Under the pieces are notes generated by a model. It saw nothing but the letters and a program-made list of their open reading frames with translations. It was not told the origin of the DNA and searched no databases. This document shows, in pieces, positions 1 through 11,500 of a stretch of DNA of 64,000 nt (its first letter is position 1; each line of letters starts with the position of its first letter). The translations under genes were made by a program, and so were the position numbers. The DNA is from Azolla caroliniana (lineage: Eukaryota; Plantae; Polypodiophyta): the NCBI GenBank assembly GCA_043228905.1, contig JBHGNT010000013.1, forward strand, positions 2,294,001 through 2,358,000, written 5' to 3'.

Positions 1-15
1 AAAATCGGTTCAAAC

Positions 16-148
16 TGTCAGGAACTCTATTAAGGCAGAGAAGGAATTAGTACTAAAAGAAGGATTAGTACTATTGTTGGGGAATAGTACTAAGACAGAG
101 AAGGATTAGTACTATGAGAGGTGTCGAACTTTGAGAGAAGGAATGAGT

Positions 149-192
<44 letters not shown>

Positions 193-482
193 TGATGCGA
201 AAGATATATGTATTATATGACGGAAGATATACAACAGTAGTTAGAAGGCTTAAGACTGGCGTTGAACCGATTTGGTTCGAACTAATGCCTTGTGCCTCCT
301 TTTATAGTGTCTTCAGGAATACTCCTGAAGTTTCTAGAATGTTCCAGAGAAATCTGGAATATACATCAATTTCCTAATAAAACCTAAATGAAAATAATAT
401 CCTTCAAATTACAACTCATAACCTAATGGTAAAGTCTCGACCCGTGTAACAAAAGGTTATGGGTTCGAGTCTAGTTATGACA
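16..482 (-). mobile_element. 5' LTR of a minus-strand Tcn1-like chromovirus (family A); the body runs off the left edge; inserted into a copia integrase
   Basis: Reverse complement of the LTR at 53867-54339 (TG...CA ends). Bases 1-15 are the reverse complement of the leader GTTTGAACCGATTTT seen at 54340. Confidence 0.93.
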
Positions 483-2216
483 GCAGTACTCCTCGAACTG
501 CCCCCAGTACTCTCCTCCGTTATCTGCTCGAACCGCCTTCAGCTTCCGGCCGGTTTCTCTTTCCACTCTCGCGTGGAGCTCTTTGAAGACTGATAACACC
601 TGATCCTTTGTCTTCAGCGGTGTGGCCCACAGCTTCCGGCTGTGGTCATCTATGAACGTCACGAAGTACTGCGCTCCGGCATGTGATTTCGTGTCTACTT
701 GACAAACATCCGTATGCACCAACTCCAGTGGTGCATTACGTCTCATCGGTGGCCTTGGTCGGAAGGAGGTCCGGTTCTGCTTACCGGCCAGACAATCAGT
801 GCACTTCTCTAAGTGCACGTTCTTCACTGGAATGAGGTTGTCGTCTCCAAGCCTCTTCATCCCCTTCTCACTCATGTGACATAGCCTCTTGTGCCACAGC
901 TCACCGGCAGTGTCGGAGGCCACGTTCACTTCTTCCGAACATAACCGGGCATTCATCAGGTACAATGTGTTTACCTTTCGGACCCGAGCCACAATCAGGC
1001 TCCCTTTGCAGAACTTCATGACACCGTTCAGGATGCTACCCGTGTAGCCTTCATCATCTAGCCGACCGGCTGATATCAGGTTCAGACGAACTTCCGGAAC
1101 GTGTCGGACATCCTTCAACAGCAACTTGCATCCGGTTGGTGTTGTCAGCCACACGTCTCCTATGCCGAAAATTCGGCATGTTCCTTCATTCCCCATCCGG
1201 ACACAGCCGTGATCACCGGCTGAGTAGGATGAGAAGCATTTCCGGTCCGGGGTAAGGTGGAACGACGCTCCGGAGTCTACCACCCAGGTCATCTCGCCGC
1301 CGGCATGGTTTATCTCACTCTCCTCGGTGATGAGCATCAACTCTTCTTCACTTGCCGCAATTGCCGTCGTTCCCTTCCGGTCCGGCCCCCTCCGGTCTTT
1401 ACCGTTCCGGTCTGTACCGTTCCGGTTCGAGGTTCGCTTCGAATCGGTACTGTCGGTTTCCTTGTCTTTACGGAAATGCCGACAGTTCTTTTGGAAGTGT
1501 CCCGACTTGCCGCAAATGAAGCAAGTAGGCCTCCCCCTTGACTTTGACCGTGTCCCCGACTTCTCCCGGTTTTGGGGACTACGGTTTCTATGTCTTCCGC
1601 GTTCCGATTCGGTAAGGAGTGCTTTGGAGTCGGAGCTCGTATCTTTGTCTTTCCGACGAGCCTCCTCATCTAGCAAGCTCGACTTTACTCTTGCTAGGGA
1701 TAACCGTTTTCCTTCCGGCCCGGCGTTGCCCAAAGTGACAACCAACGTCTCCCAGCTATTCGGGAGGGAACCGAGCAGGAGTAGCGCTAGGACCTCATCG
1801 GCAAGAGGTACTTCCAATGACGTTGCCTGGTGGATCAGCCCCTGGAAGGCATTCATATGCTCCGCCATGCTGGAGCCATCTTGGTACCGGAGTCTTACTA
1901 GCTTCCGGAATACCGACACCTGATTGACAACATTTTTGTTCTGGAACATTATGCCGATCTTCTCCCAGAGCTCATGAGCCTTGCTCTCTTCATTGAAGTT
2001 GTTGTACAGGCTCATGTCGATGAATCACCGTATGTACGCCGTTGTCTTCATGTGCATCACCTCCCATATTGCGGCGTCGATTTTGTCCGGTCTCTTGTCC
2101 CCGAACTGAACCAGCAGCCAGAGGTCTTTAACCACGAGCATGTCCCTCATCTTCGACTTCCACACTGAATAGTTGGAGCCGGTGAGCTTGAACATGCCGC
2201 CAAACGATTCGTCCAT
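483..2216 (-). pseudogene. Ty1/copia gag-protease-integrase polyprotein, interrupted
   Basis: MDESFGGMFKLTGSNYSVWK start, CCHC knuckle (CFICGKSGHFQKNC), protease WVVDSGAS, GAG-pre-integrase LWHKRLCH, rve core (VHTDVC, FIDD, RADNGGEY). In-frame TGA at 2025-2027; cut at 483 by the family A LTR. Confidence 0.93.
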
Positions 2217-2232
2217 TTTCTGTGTCGATTTC

Positions 2233-2700
2233 GCTCTGATACCACTTGTTGAGAACTCGACGTTCCTTATGTCCGACGCTCGGCCACAACCGAGATTCTT
2301 TTCATACACAGAAAAAGAGGTAATGAAACGCGACACAAAGGGGAGAAATGGTACACAGGAGGTTTACGTGGAAAAAAAACCCCAAAATAGGGGAAAAACC
2401 ACGGCAGCCCACAGGCTACAAACTGTCACTATGTAGGAATATACAACAGTGAGTTCACTGAGGCAACGATCTCGTGCTCTCAGATCTTCGCCACAGGCGG
2501 CGGTTACAATAGAGGCAACGACCTCGTCTCTCACTCTCTCTCTCTCTCTCGGTATAGTTACGCGCTCTCACTTCTTCTTGCACCAACAAGGAAGAATAAC
2601 AGCAGAACACAAAAAAGTTTGCCCTAAGTCATATTTATACTAATATGACTTTTCGGCTATTTACAAATGTAGCCTCGATGGGCTCTCAGAAACATATTTA
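2233..2700 (-). mobile_element. tRNA-Met(i) PBS (2233-2244) and 5' LTR of the same copia element (outer boundary approximate)
   Basis: Minus strand reads ...CAACA AG TGGTATCAGAGC; TATA-like TATAAATA near 2632-2639. Confidence 0.75.
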
Positions 2701-2717
2701 CGAATATGTCTCTTCCT

Positions 2718-2925
2718 CCGGTTCATACCGGGCCTACACCATCCGGCTCTCCGTAGTCGGGTACTCCCCATCCGGTTCATACCGGGCCTACACCATCTGG
2801 CTCTCCGCAGTCGGGTACTCCCCATACGGTTCATAACGGGCCTACACCATCGGGCTCTCCGTAGTCGGGTACTCCCCATCCGGTTCATACCGGGCCTACA
2901 CCATTCGGCTCTCCGCAGTCGGGTA
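2718..2925. repeat. 54-bp tandem repeat, about 3.8 copies
   Basis: Unit CCGGTTCATACCGGGCCTACACCATCCGGCTCTCCGTAGTCGGGTACTCCCCAT starts at 2718, 2772, 2826 and 2880. Confidence 0.92.
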
Positions 2926-3775
2926 TCGGCCTCGGCCGAGTTTTTTCATCGGCACTGCTCTTCTCCCTTCCCATCCGGAGGGACCTGTCTCCCAACATCT
3001 CTTCGGTCTCACGTTGCCTTCCAGATGCAACTGCGAGAGTCTCTAGAATTAGTGATGGGAAATTCTCGATATGGTCATCCGACATTGATTCGTCCATAGC
3101 CACCTCCGATTCGATGTAATGTTTTGTGGTGACCTCCTTAATCAGGTCCGCCTCGCACTCTTTATCTCCATCAATTATGAAAGCATCTATTATGCTTACC
3201 TCTTTCTCATCCGATGTCTTGAACACTCGTATCCCGAAATCTTCTTCTACACTTGAAGTGGTGTTCATCACTCTCAGCTTGAAGTGGTGCTCGAATTCTA
3301 GGAATGCTTCCGTTGCACTTCGGTGGGTCTTCTTCGATGCCACCCATTCATCGAACGCTCGCCGATCTCGTCCCTTCAATCTCTCGTAGTCATATGCCTC
3401 TCGTAAAGCTTCTTCAAAGGACCCGCATGTTGGGTTTTGTTGCCGTATGTTGTAGATTCTCTCTTGTAACCCATCTGTGGCTACCCGGCTGAAGGATATC
3501 ACTTGCAATCCTTCCGGTATCCCACATCACATCATCTCTACCTTGTATTCACCTAGATAGCGTGACACATCATTTCTGTTGAATTGCCCATTTCTTTGCA
3601 CAAACCACTCTATTGCCGACTTCATCTCCGACATCGCAAGTTGCTCTTGTTGCAGCCGCTCAATTATCATCATCATTATGGTCATCGCCTCTTGTTGATT
3701 CTCCATCTCCTTGCCACCCGCTTTCACGTCGGGTTCACCAAATGTGTCGTGCCTTTCAGTGCCAAATCGTTGCAT
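2885..3775 (-). pseudogene. Degenerate gag-like ORF fragments of an LTR element (family D)
   Basis: FNRNDVSRYLGEYKVEM...LQVISFSRVATDGLQERI...FEEALREAYD resembles a gag capsid start. Related sequence occurs near 33925-33960. Confidence 0.5.
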
Positions 3776-3784
3776 GAGTCGGGT

Positions 3785-4420
3785 GGGAACCGCTCGGGTT
3801 TTGGACTAGGAAGAGGAAGAATTTGAGACAAGTTTATTGCTATGGATAGATTATTAGAAAGAGAGATAGAAATTTTGTGAATCCCAAGAGTGTATTATAT
3901 TCCATTAATCAATATTTAGATAAGAATATGTATTTAGATTGAAAGAAAGAGATTAAAAAGAACTTGTGAATCCCACAAGTATAGATTATGTCGTGAATCC
4001 TACAAATATAGTTTGTTAATTGGTGTTTTAGGAAATATATCCAATTTCCAAATAATCCACACACTTATTACTTTGTGCTCCCCATCCTTATATGGTGATG
4101 AGAGAGTCTTCACAATCCATGCTTAAACTTTATGCTTTTCCTATCAATAGACTATATGCTTTATTTAACATGCTTTCTCTAAAGTGAACATGTTTTTCCT
4201 AATATATGCGTTTTTTATTGACTATAGTGATGATGCACACTACATGTGCATGTGTAGCCTTTTCTTTTATCATGCGTTTTTCTAAAGTTTATCCTAGCGT
4301 GAACTTACGTTTTTATGTGGGACATCTACTTTTTAACACTAATGAAATGTTAGTGAAATGGTAAGACATTACATTATTAACATGGAGGTGCAAGGTTCGA
4401 ATCTTGCCCTATGCATGTAA
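3785..4420 (-). mobile_element. Probable LTR/leader of family D; second copy at about 32210-32860
   Basis: Repeated in the window, lies upstream of the gag-like ORF, has TATA-like TATAAG and an antisense A/B-box module at 4351-4407. Confidence 0.5.
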
Positions 4421-4864
4421 TTCTTATTTTGATATTTTCTTCTCCGAATCTTGAACCGTATCAGCTTCCTCCGATTCATTCCAGGTTTTGTCCGAGTTGG
4501 TAGTCTCCAACTCGTCTTCCGTTTTTAAGCCCTTCACCACATCAGATCACGTCTGTGTCTCGGCCTTCTTCCGGTTGACTAGATTGTCCTGCTTGACTCT
4601 GCCACCGCCGCCGCTTGCTTTGACATGTTCGGATGTGGCAACTCCTTCGGTCGGCTCGGGTTCCTTTATCTACACATCTCCCCCATTGGTTCTTTCTTCC
4701 TATCTGGCTCCTTGTCCGGTGCCATCCATTCCAGCTCCTGCTCTTGCCCTCAAGTGCGGCACATTGAGATGAGAAATGCCGAGCATCTCTGAAAAATTCT
4801 GCAACTTTTATGATCTGAGCGGCTTGGTGAAGATGTCGGCTACCTACTGATCCGTGTGACCATA

Positions 4865-6830
4865 TCAAAATTTAACATCACCGCTCAGAACCCGCTCACG
4901 CACAAAGTGATACTGCACTTCTATGTGCTTCGTCCGAGCATAGAGTACACGGTTCTTGGCGAGTTGTAGGTTTCTTATGTTGTCACCATAAATCAAGATT
5001 GGGCTCCGCACCTCAATCAGGAGGTCTCATAGGAGTCGCCGAAGCTAGATGGCTTCACAGGTGGCAATTGTAGCGCCCGGGTATTCAGGCTCAGTGCTCG
5101 ACAGACCCACTATTGGCTACTTTTTGTTGGTCCACGCAACAACCGCACTACCATGTGAAAACATGTAACCGAAGGTGGATTGGAGATCCGATGCATCACC
5201 AACCCAATCAGCATCGGTATATCCGACTAGCTTCCTAGCTATACCGTGTCGATATAATAGTCTCCAATCCTTCGTGCCGCTAACATACCGAAGTATCCAG
5301 TGTGCGCACTAAAGCTGCTCAACGGTCGACTTTTGCATGAACTGGCTGATCACTCTGACCGGGTAACTGATGTTGGGTCGAGCGATTGTCAAGTATATGA
5401 GGCTTTCGACAATTGGTCAGAACTGTTTCTCATCGTAGGCCGAGCCGGAGTCGGGACAAAGCTTCAGGTTCCGGTCTAGGGGTGTGGAGATCAGTCGACA
5501 TTCCGTCATGCCGAACTTGTACAACATATTCAACACATACTGTCTTTGTGACAACAACATGCCATCGAGGGGTTCGAATCACCTCAATCCCAAGAAAATA
5601 ATAAAGGTCCCCCAGGTCCGATAATTGGGACTTCACTCTGCCGATTTCATCCAGTCTAGGTCCCGTGATGACTAAATCATCAACATATGGCAGGATATAG
5701 ACTGGAACGTTCGAACCATTCCGGATGAACAATGACGAGTTGGACTTTGAGGCTACAAACCCCATCTTATGGAACTGGTGCGTGATCTTCGTATTCCAAG
5801 CTCGGTGGGCTTGCTTCAGACCGTAAAACGACTTCTTGAGTCAAAATACTGCCGCCTCGTTCATCTCCGATTGGAATATGAGGGGTTGGATCATATAGAC
5901 CCGTTCTTCAAGGCCACCTTGAAGAAAAACATTCTTCATGTCCATTTGGTGAAGACGCCATCCCCTTACCGCAACAACAACCAATAACACACGAACCGTC
6001 GTCATCTTCGCTACCGGAGCAAGGGTCTCATCATAGTTGATTCCGTGGGTCTATGCGTATCCCTTTGCCATTAACCGGGCCTTGTACTGGTTGACTTAAG
6101 CGTCAACATTGTACTTCACCTTATATACCCATTTGCAACCGATCGGTTTACACTATTAAGGAGGGTCAACTAGGTCGCATGTATCATTGGCATCAAGTAC
6201 CCGCATTTCTTACTTCATTGCAGCATGCCAATTTGCGTCTTTTGCTGCTTCTGTGTAGCTCTCCGGCTCACGCACTTCCGCCACCTTAGTCATGTACGCA
6301 TAGTGATGCGCCATGTACTCATTGTACCCGTACCTCATGACGGTTTTCTTTTGACGGGTTGATTAGTGTAACTTCTCGTTAACCGGTTGGAGTCCCTTCT
6401 TTGCTGATTTAGACTTCCTTTCTGAAGATCCGCCTTCGTCCTTTCCGGGGTAAAATTTGTTCTGGTCCAACCCTTTAGTGCTGGTATCGTATTCCGGCAT
6501 CTTCTTCTTCCCCTTCTCTTTGCACATGAACCGTCTCCTCGGTTCCTTGCGCGGGGAGAGCACGACAGAGTTTCCACTACTCGCCGGTTCTTCATCGAAC
6601 TGGTCATCTCGACTTAGCCACTTAGCCAGAATGAGATCAGACCCTCATCTAGAGTACCGAATCCTTCATCTTCTTCTGGAACCCCTCTAGGTTAACTAGC
6701 CTCATCCTGCGGAATCCAGTCTTTGTCGGGACCTGGAGTCGGTAGGGAGTTCGTACATGTGACACCTGTTGTTGAGCCAAAATACCCAATCATCGTCCTG
6801 ATGGCTTGTTACAACCATTACCGCCTCCAA
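4865..6830 (-). pseudogene. Degenerate Ty1/copia RT-RNaseH region
   Basis: YVDDLVITG, DLGDLYYFLGIEV and ARTKHIEVQYH motifs with many stops and frameshifts. Second copy at about 34420-35735. Confidence 0.85.
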
Positions 6831-6834
6831 CTAA

Positions 6835-8041
6835 GCCGTGATAGTCTATTTCTATGGATTTCATTACGGATCTGCCACCTTCAAAAGGATTTAATACTAT
6901 TTTAACAGTAGTCGATTGATTTACCAAGATGGCACATTTTTTACCATGTGTAAAGAGCATCAGTAGTCAGGAAAGCATAGATCTCATTGTGCATGAAGTG
7001 TCATCCACAAACTGATGGACAAACAGAGCGCACAAATCAAACGCTCGAGCAATATCATCATTGCTTCATCAATTATCAGCAACATGATTGTAGTAATATT
7101 TTATATCTTGCTTGGTTTGCATATAATAACAGGATACACTCTTCTACCAAGGTTACACCTTTCTTTGCCTACAGTGGCAACCATCCTCGATGGTGTATCC
7201 AAGATTTTCTTGAGGTCGCACGAAACTGTAGTGCAAAGCATTAGCTTCATCGACTACACCAAATCCAGTTAGTGTTATCTTCACATCTTCAAACATCGTA
7301 AGCACAACATAAGACTAATGCAAATCGTCATCATCTTATGTCTCCATTTAAGGTTGGTGACCGAGTATGGTTGCTTCGTCGTCACGTCAAGACTAACCGA
7401 CCCTGTGAGAAACTCGATTATCAGTGCTCAGGTCATTTTCTCATCACGGCGTGGATTAATGATGCAACCTTTCGTCTTAACCTTCCAGCACACATGCGGC
7501 TTCACCCAATCTTTCATAGCTCTCTTTTGGAACCTTGTCACACCTCTTCCATTCCTAATCGAGTCGTGCCACCTCCGCCCCCAATCCAACTTGTTGACGG
7601 CCCCGAATATGAGATAGCAAGTATTCTCGATTCTAAGATTGTGCGTAATAAGCTCTATTATTTGGTTCATTGGGTACGCTATCGTCCAAGTGATCGCACT
7701 TGGGAACCCGTCAATACTACTTCTAATGCTCAAGCTCTTGTCGACGACTTCATGGACATAAACATCATGGATTCACCTAGGCTTGAACCCCAGACCTTGT
7801 AATACATAATGAAGAACCCAACCATTAAGATAGCCTATGATTATATGAGATGATAAAGGCTACTTCTTGTAATACACCGATTATTGTATATACTCAAGAA
7901 CATTATCCTAAAACATCTTAGAATATTCTAGGTCTAGAACATTATAGAAATCTCTAGGCTATTCTATAGGAACCTATAAAAATAGGGGCATACATGTATT
8001 CTCAAATCAATACCAATCTTAAGCTCTCATCGCCTATCTTG
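6835..8041 (+). pseudogene. Chromovirus (family C) integrase-chromodomain remnant plus start of its 3' LTR
   Basis: HPQTDGQTERTNQTLEQY and chromodomain GPEYEIASILDSKIVRNKLYYLVHW...TWEP. Second copy at about 35740-36903. Confidence 0.88.
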
Positions 8042-8507
8042 TGTCAAGGCCTTAGCTTGACAAAAGAAGATTGAACAAGAGAGGAAAAGAAAGAGAGAAC
8101 AATGGCGATATTTTTATTATAATAGGAAATTATACAAAAGGAAGAACTAGAATATTTGACAAAGACTGGTGTTGAACTAGAATGGTTCTAACAATCCAAT
8201 ATGTCCTATTTATATAGGAGTAGTATGTGCCCCTTGGATGTTTGTAGGGTCATGATACCCTTTGGGATGTTGTAGGGTCATGATACCCTTTGGGATATAG
8301 AAGGGTCTTGGCACCCTTTGGGATATTGAAGGGTCTTGGCACCCTTTGGGATATTGCAAGGCACCCTTTGGATATTTATAGGGTTACATTATCAATATTA
8401 TAATAAAGTAAATTATACTATCTTTACGTAAAACATATATAACCTAATGGCTAGAGTTGAGTGGTCCTCTTTAGGAGGTCACGGGTACGAGTCACCCTAA
8501 ACCTCAT

Positions 8508-11500
8508 TGTCGAATACAAGTGTATAATGGACGTATTCACACTATCCCTTTGTATAGCTCAAGTTTGGGCCATTTGTGCAATTAGCATAAATGGTAGTTG
8601 CCCTAAGTTTGTCACTATATAAAGTGACCTAGTAACCTTTTTGTAAGGTTGGTTGTATTATTGTTTCTATTGAATAGGAAGAGTCTTTTGTGCCTCCTCT
8701 CTCTCTCTCTCTCTATCTCTGTGCACGATCTTGGAAACTGTCATACGCAGGTACTCAACCCCATTCGAATGCTACTTGATCTTCCGCATTGACGGCCTTG
8801 TCTTCAACATTTGGTATCAGAGCGAGGTCCCTCAACCCGCTGTCGGCCGTCGTCTCAGCCTGCACAGTATTCAGCCTTTCGCTTCATCCTAATCTGCAAA
8901 GCATTCGGTTTCTTGCGTCATTCGAAGAAACAGAGAAGAAAGTAGGCAAACACAAGCTTGAATCTTGCTGCGTTAGATCATCACTCGGAGTAAGCCAGTC
9001 GGCTGTACTCTACTTCCTTGATCGTAACTGCTTGAGGTGGGCTTCCTGCACAACGACGACTTCAAGGACAACCCCAGTTCGTGTTTCATTCGATTGGACA
9101 ATAATCGGAAGGACCAGTCGGTTCCATTGCTCTCACCGTTGCAGTCAACCGAAACCGAATCGGCTTGAAGTACTGTCGGATCGTTAAATCTAGGTTCAAC
9201 TCGACTAAGACAGTTGTCGGTAGTCAATCCGAACCAAATCCCCGATTCTCCGTAATCAACATCACTTGTGTCCAACTTTGGCTAGAACGACACTGAGTGG
9301 GCCAAACCGCTGCACTTCACCAAAGTTCGTAGCCGACTTAGGGTAGAGTCATGACATCAACATCCGGCTCGTCAGAAATGAGTCTACGAAAGTTCGATGG
9401 ATCGAACTTCAACTTCTGGAAGGAGCAAATGCAGGACTATCTCATAGTCAAGGGGCAAATCGATCCCATCGAAAATGAAGCACCTCCAGAAGGATACAAA
9501 CCAATTGAGTGGCAGAAGCTGGACAGAATCGTCCGCGCCACGATTCGGATGCACCTATCGGAATCGGTATACTTTACGGTGCAATCGTGTACGACAGCAT
9601 TCGAACTGTGGAAAACACTGTCGGACACCTACGAAAAGAAGGTCGCTGCAACGAAGATGTTTCTGATCCGGCGCCTCTACAACTTGCGGATGAAAGAATC
9701 AGATTCGGTTCAAGCACATCTCAATGAGTACGAAAGCATAAGCTCCCAAATCTCATCTCAGGGGACGGCAATCGAGGATGAACTCAGAGCAATGATACTC
9801 ATGAGCAGCCTTCCCTCATCATGGGAAACTTTCGTCACAACCGTGTGCAACGCGTCAACCACGGCTGTTAAATACTCCGAAGTCACGAGCGCAATCCTGA
9901 CCGAAGCAGCTCGGAGAAAGTCTTTCGCCAAAGACTCAACAGACGACGCTTATGTAGTACAAGGTTCGACAGACCGATCGAACATACGAGGAAGAGATTC
10001 CTCACGGCAGCCGAACAATCAGCGAAGACGGAGCCAGTCACGGGATAATCGAATCTGCAACTATTGCAAGAAACCCGGACACATCAAAGCCGACTGCCGC
10101 GCACTCAAGAACAAGAACGACAAGTCTCAGAAATCAGACAAGAAGAGTGGCCGGCATGAGGAGATCAATTACGTCAGCTTCTCAACTGATGTGCTACCAA
10201 ACGACCCGAATATACTATCAATCGAAAATCCAGTCGGATCAGAAGTTCTGCTCACGACTGAAGAATCGAGCACATGGCTCTTAGATTCGGGCGCGTCATT
10301 TCACGTGACTCCTCATCGATCCCAATTTCGGCAATAATCGATCCGTCACTCCGACTCAGTTCGAGTCGGCAACTCGCAACACTGTGACATCATTGGAATC
10401 GGCACATTAGAGCTCAACCTTGCAGGTGGCTCTACACTTGTACTTCACAATGTCCGACATGTACCCGAGCTCTCAAGGCCATTGATCTCAGTCGGACAAC
10501 TAGATGAAGACGGCATTCGTGCCGGTTTTTCTTCGGGAGGGTGGACACTCCACAGGGGGAACCTCCTGCTTGCTAGAGGACCCAAGATACACTCACTGTA
10601 TCCGTTACATGTTACGCTCAGAGAGGGTAACCTGTTTTTGGTGGATATTCCTGTGTCATCACTATGGCACAGAAGATTAGGACACCTCAGCAAGGCCGGC
10701 ATTACGCACCTATCTAGAGCCGGATACATCCCTAAACTCTCCTTCTCGGACCATCAATTCTGCGAACATTGCCAGTATGGCAAACAAGCAGCCGCATCAC
10801 ACCCGACATCAGCACCAAGAGAAACGAGACCTCTCGATTTAGTCCACTCGGACGTCTGTGGCCCAATGCCGCATCAGTCTCTCGGCGGTGCCTCTTACTT
10901 CGTCAGTTTTATTGACGATTCGACTCGAAAGGTGTGGGCTTATCCAATTCGCACCAAAGATCGTGTCTTCTCGATCTTCTCCGATTGGCTCGCTATGGTA
11001 GAAAATCAAACTGACCGAAAACTGAAATGCTTTCGGACCGACAATGGGGGAGAGTTCAAATCAGAAGAATTCGTCAAATTCTGCCGACAACGCGGCATCC
11101 GACGTGAATTTACGGCACCACACAGTCCGGAGCAAAACGGGATTGCAGAACGCATGAATCGGACAATCCAAGAACGAATAGTTTCCATGCTCCAACACTC
11201 CGGACTGTCGGATGGCTTCTGGGCAGAGGCTCTACTCACGGCAGTACACATAATCAATATGTCGCCAAGCAGACCTCTAGGACTTCAAATTCCTCAGGAA
11301 CTATGGATCGGCAGTAAGCCGAATTACGACAAGCTGAGGATCTTCGGATGCGAGGCGTACGCCCTTATTCCGAAAGATGATCGCCGAAAACTTGCACCTC
11401 GGTCCAGGAAATGCATTTTCCTTGGATATGGATCAGACGGCGAAATGGGATACCAACTCTGGGACCCCGAACGCAGACAAATCGTTCGAAGTTCGGACGT

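Noticed and set aside
147-377. ORFs beginning MSERERERE (also 53972..54208 and 59281..59517)
   Set aside because: Translations of the (GA)n microsatellite inside LTRs.
10335-10337. Programmed stop-codon readthrough in the copia polyprotein
   Set aside because: The TAA falls inside the protease region after DSGAS, not at a gag/pol boundary; a point mutation is the simpler explanation.
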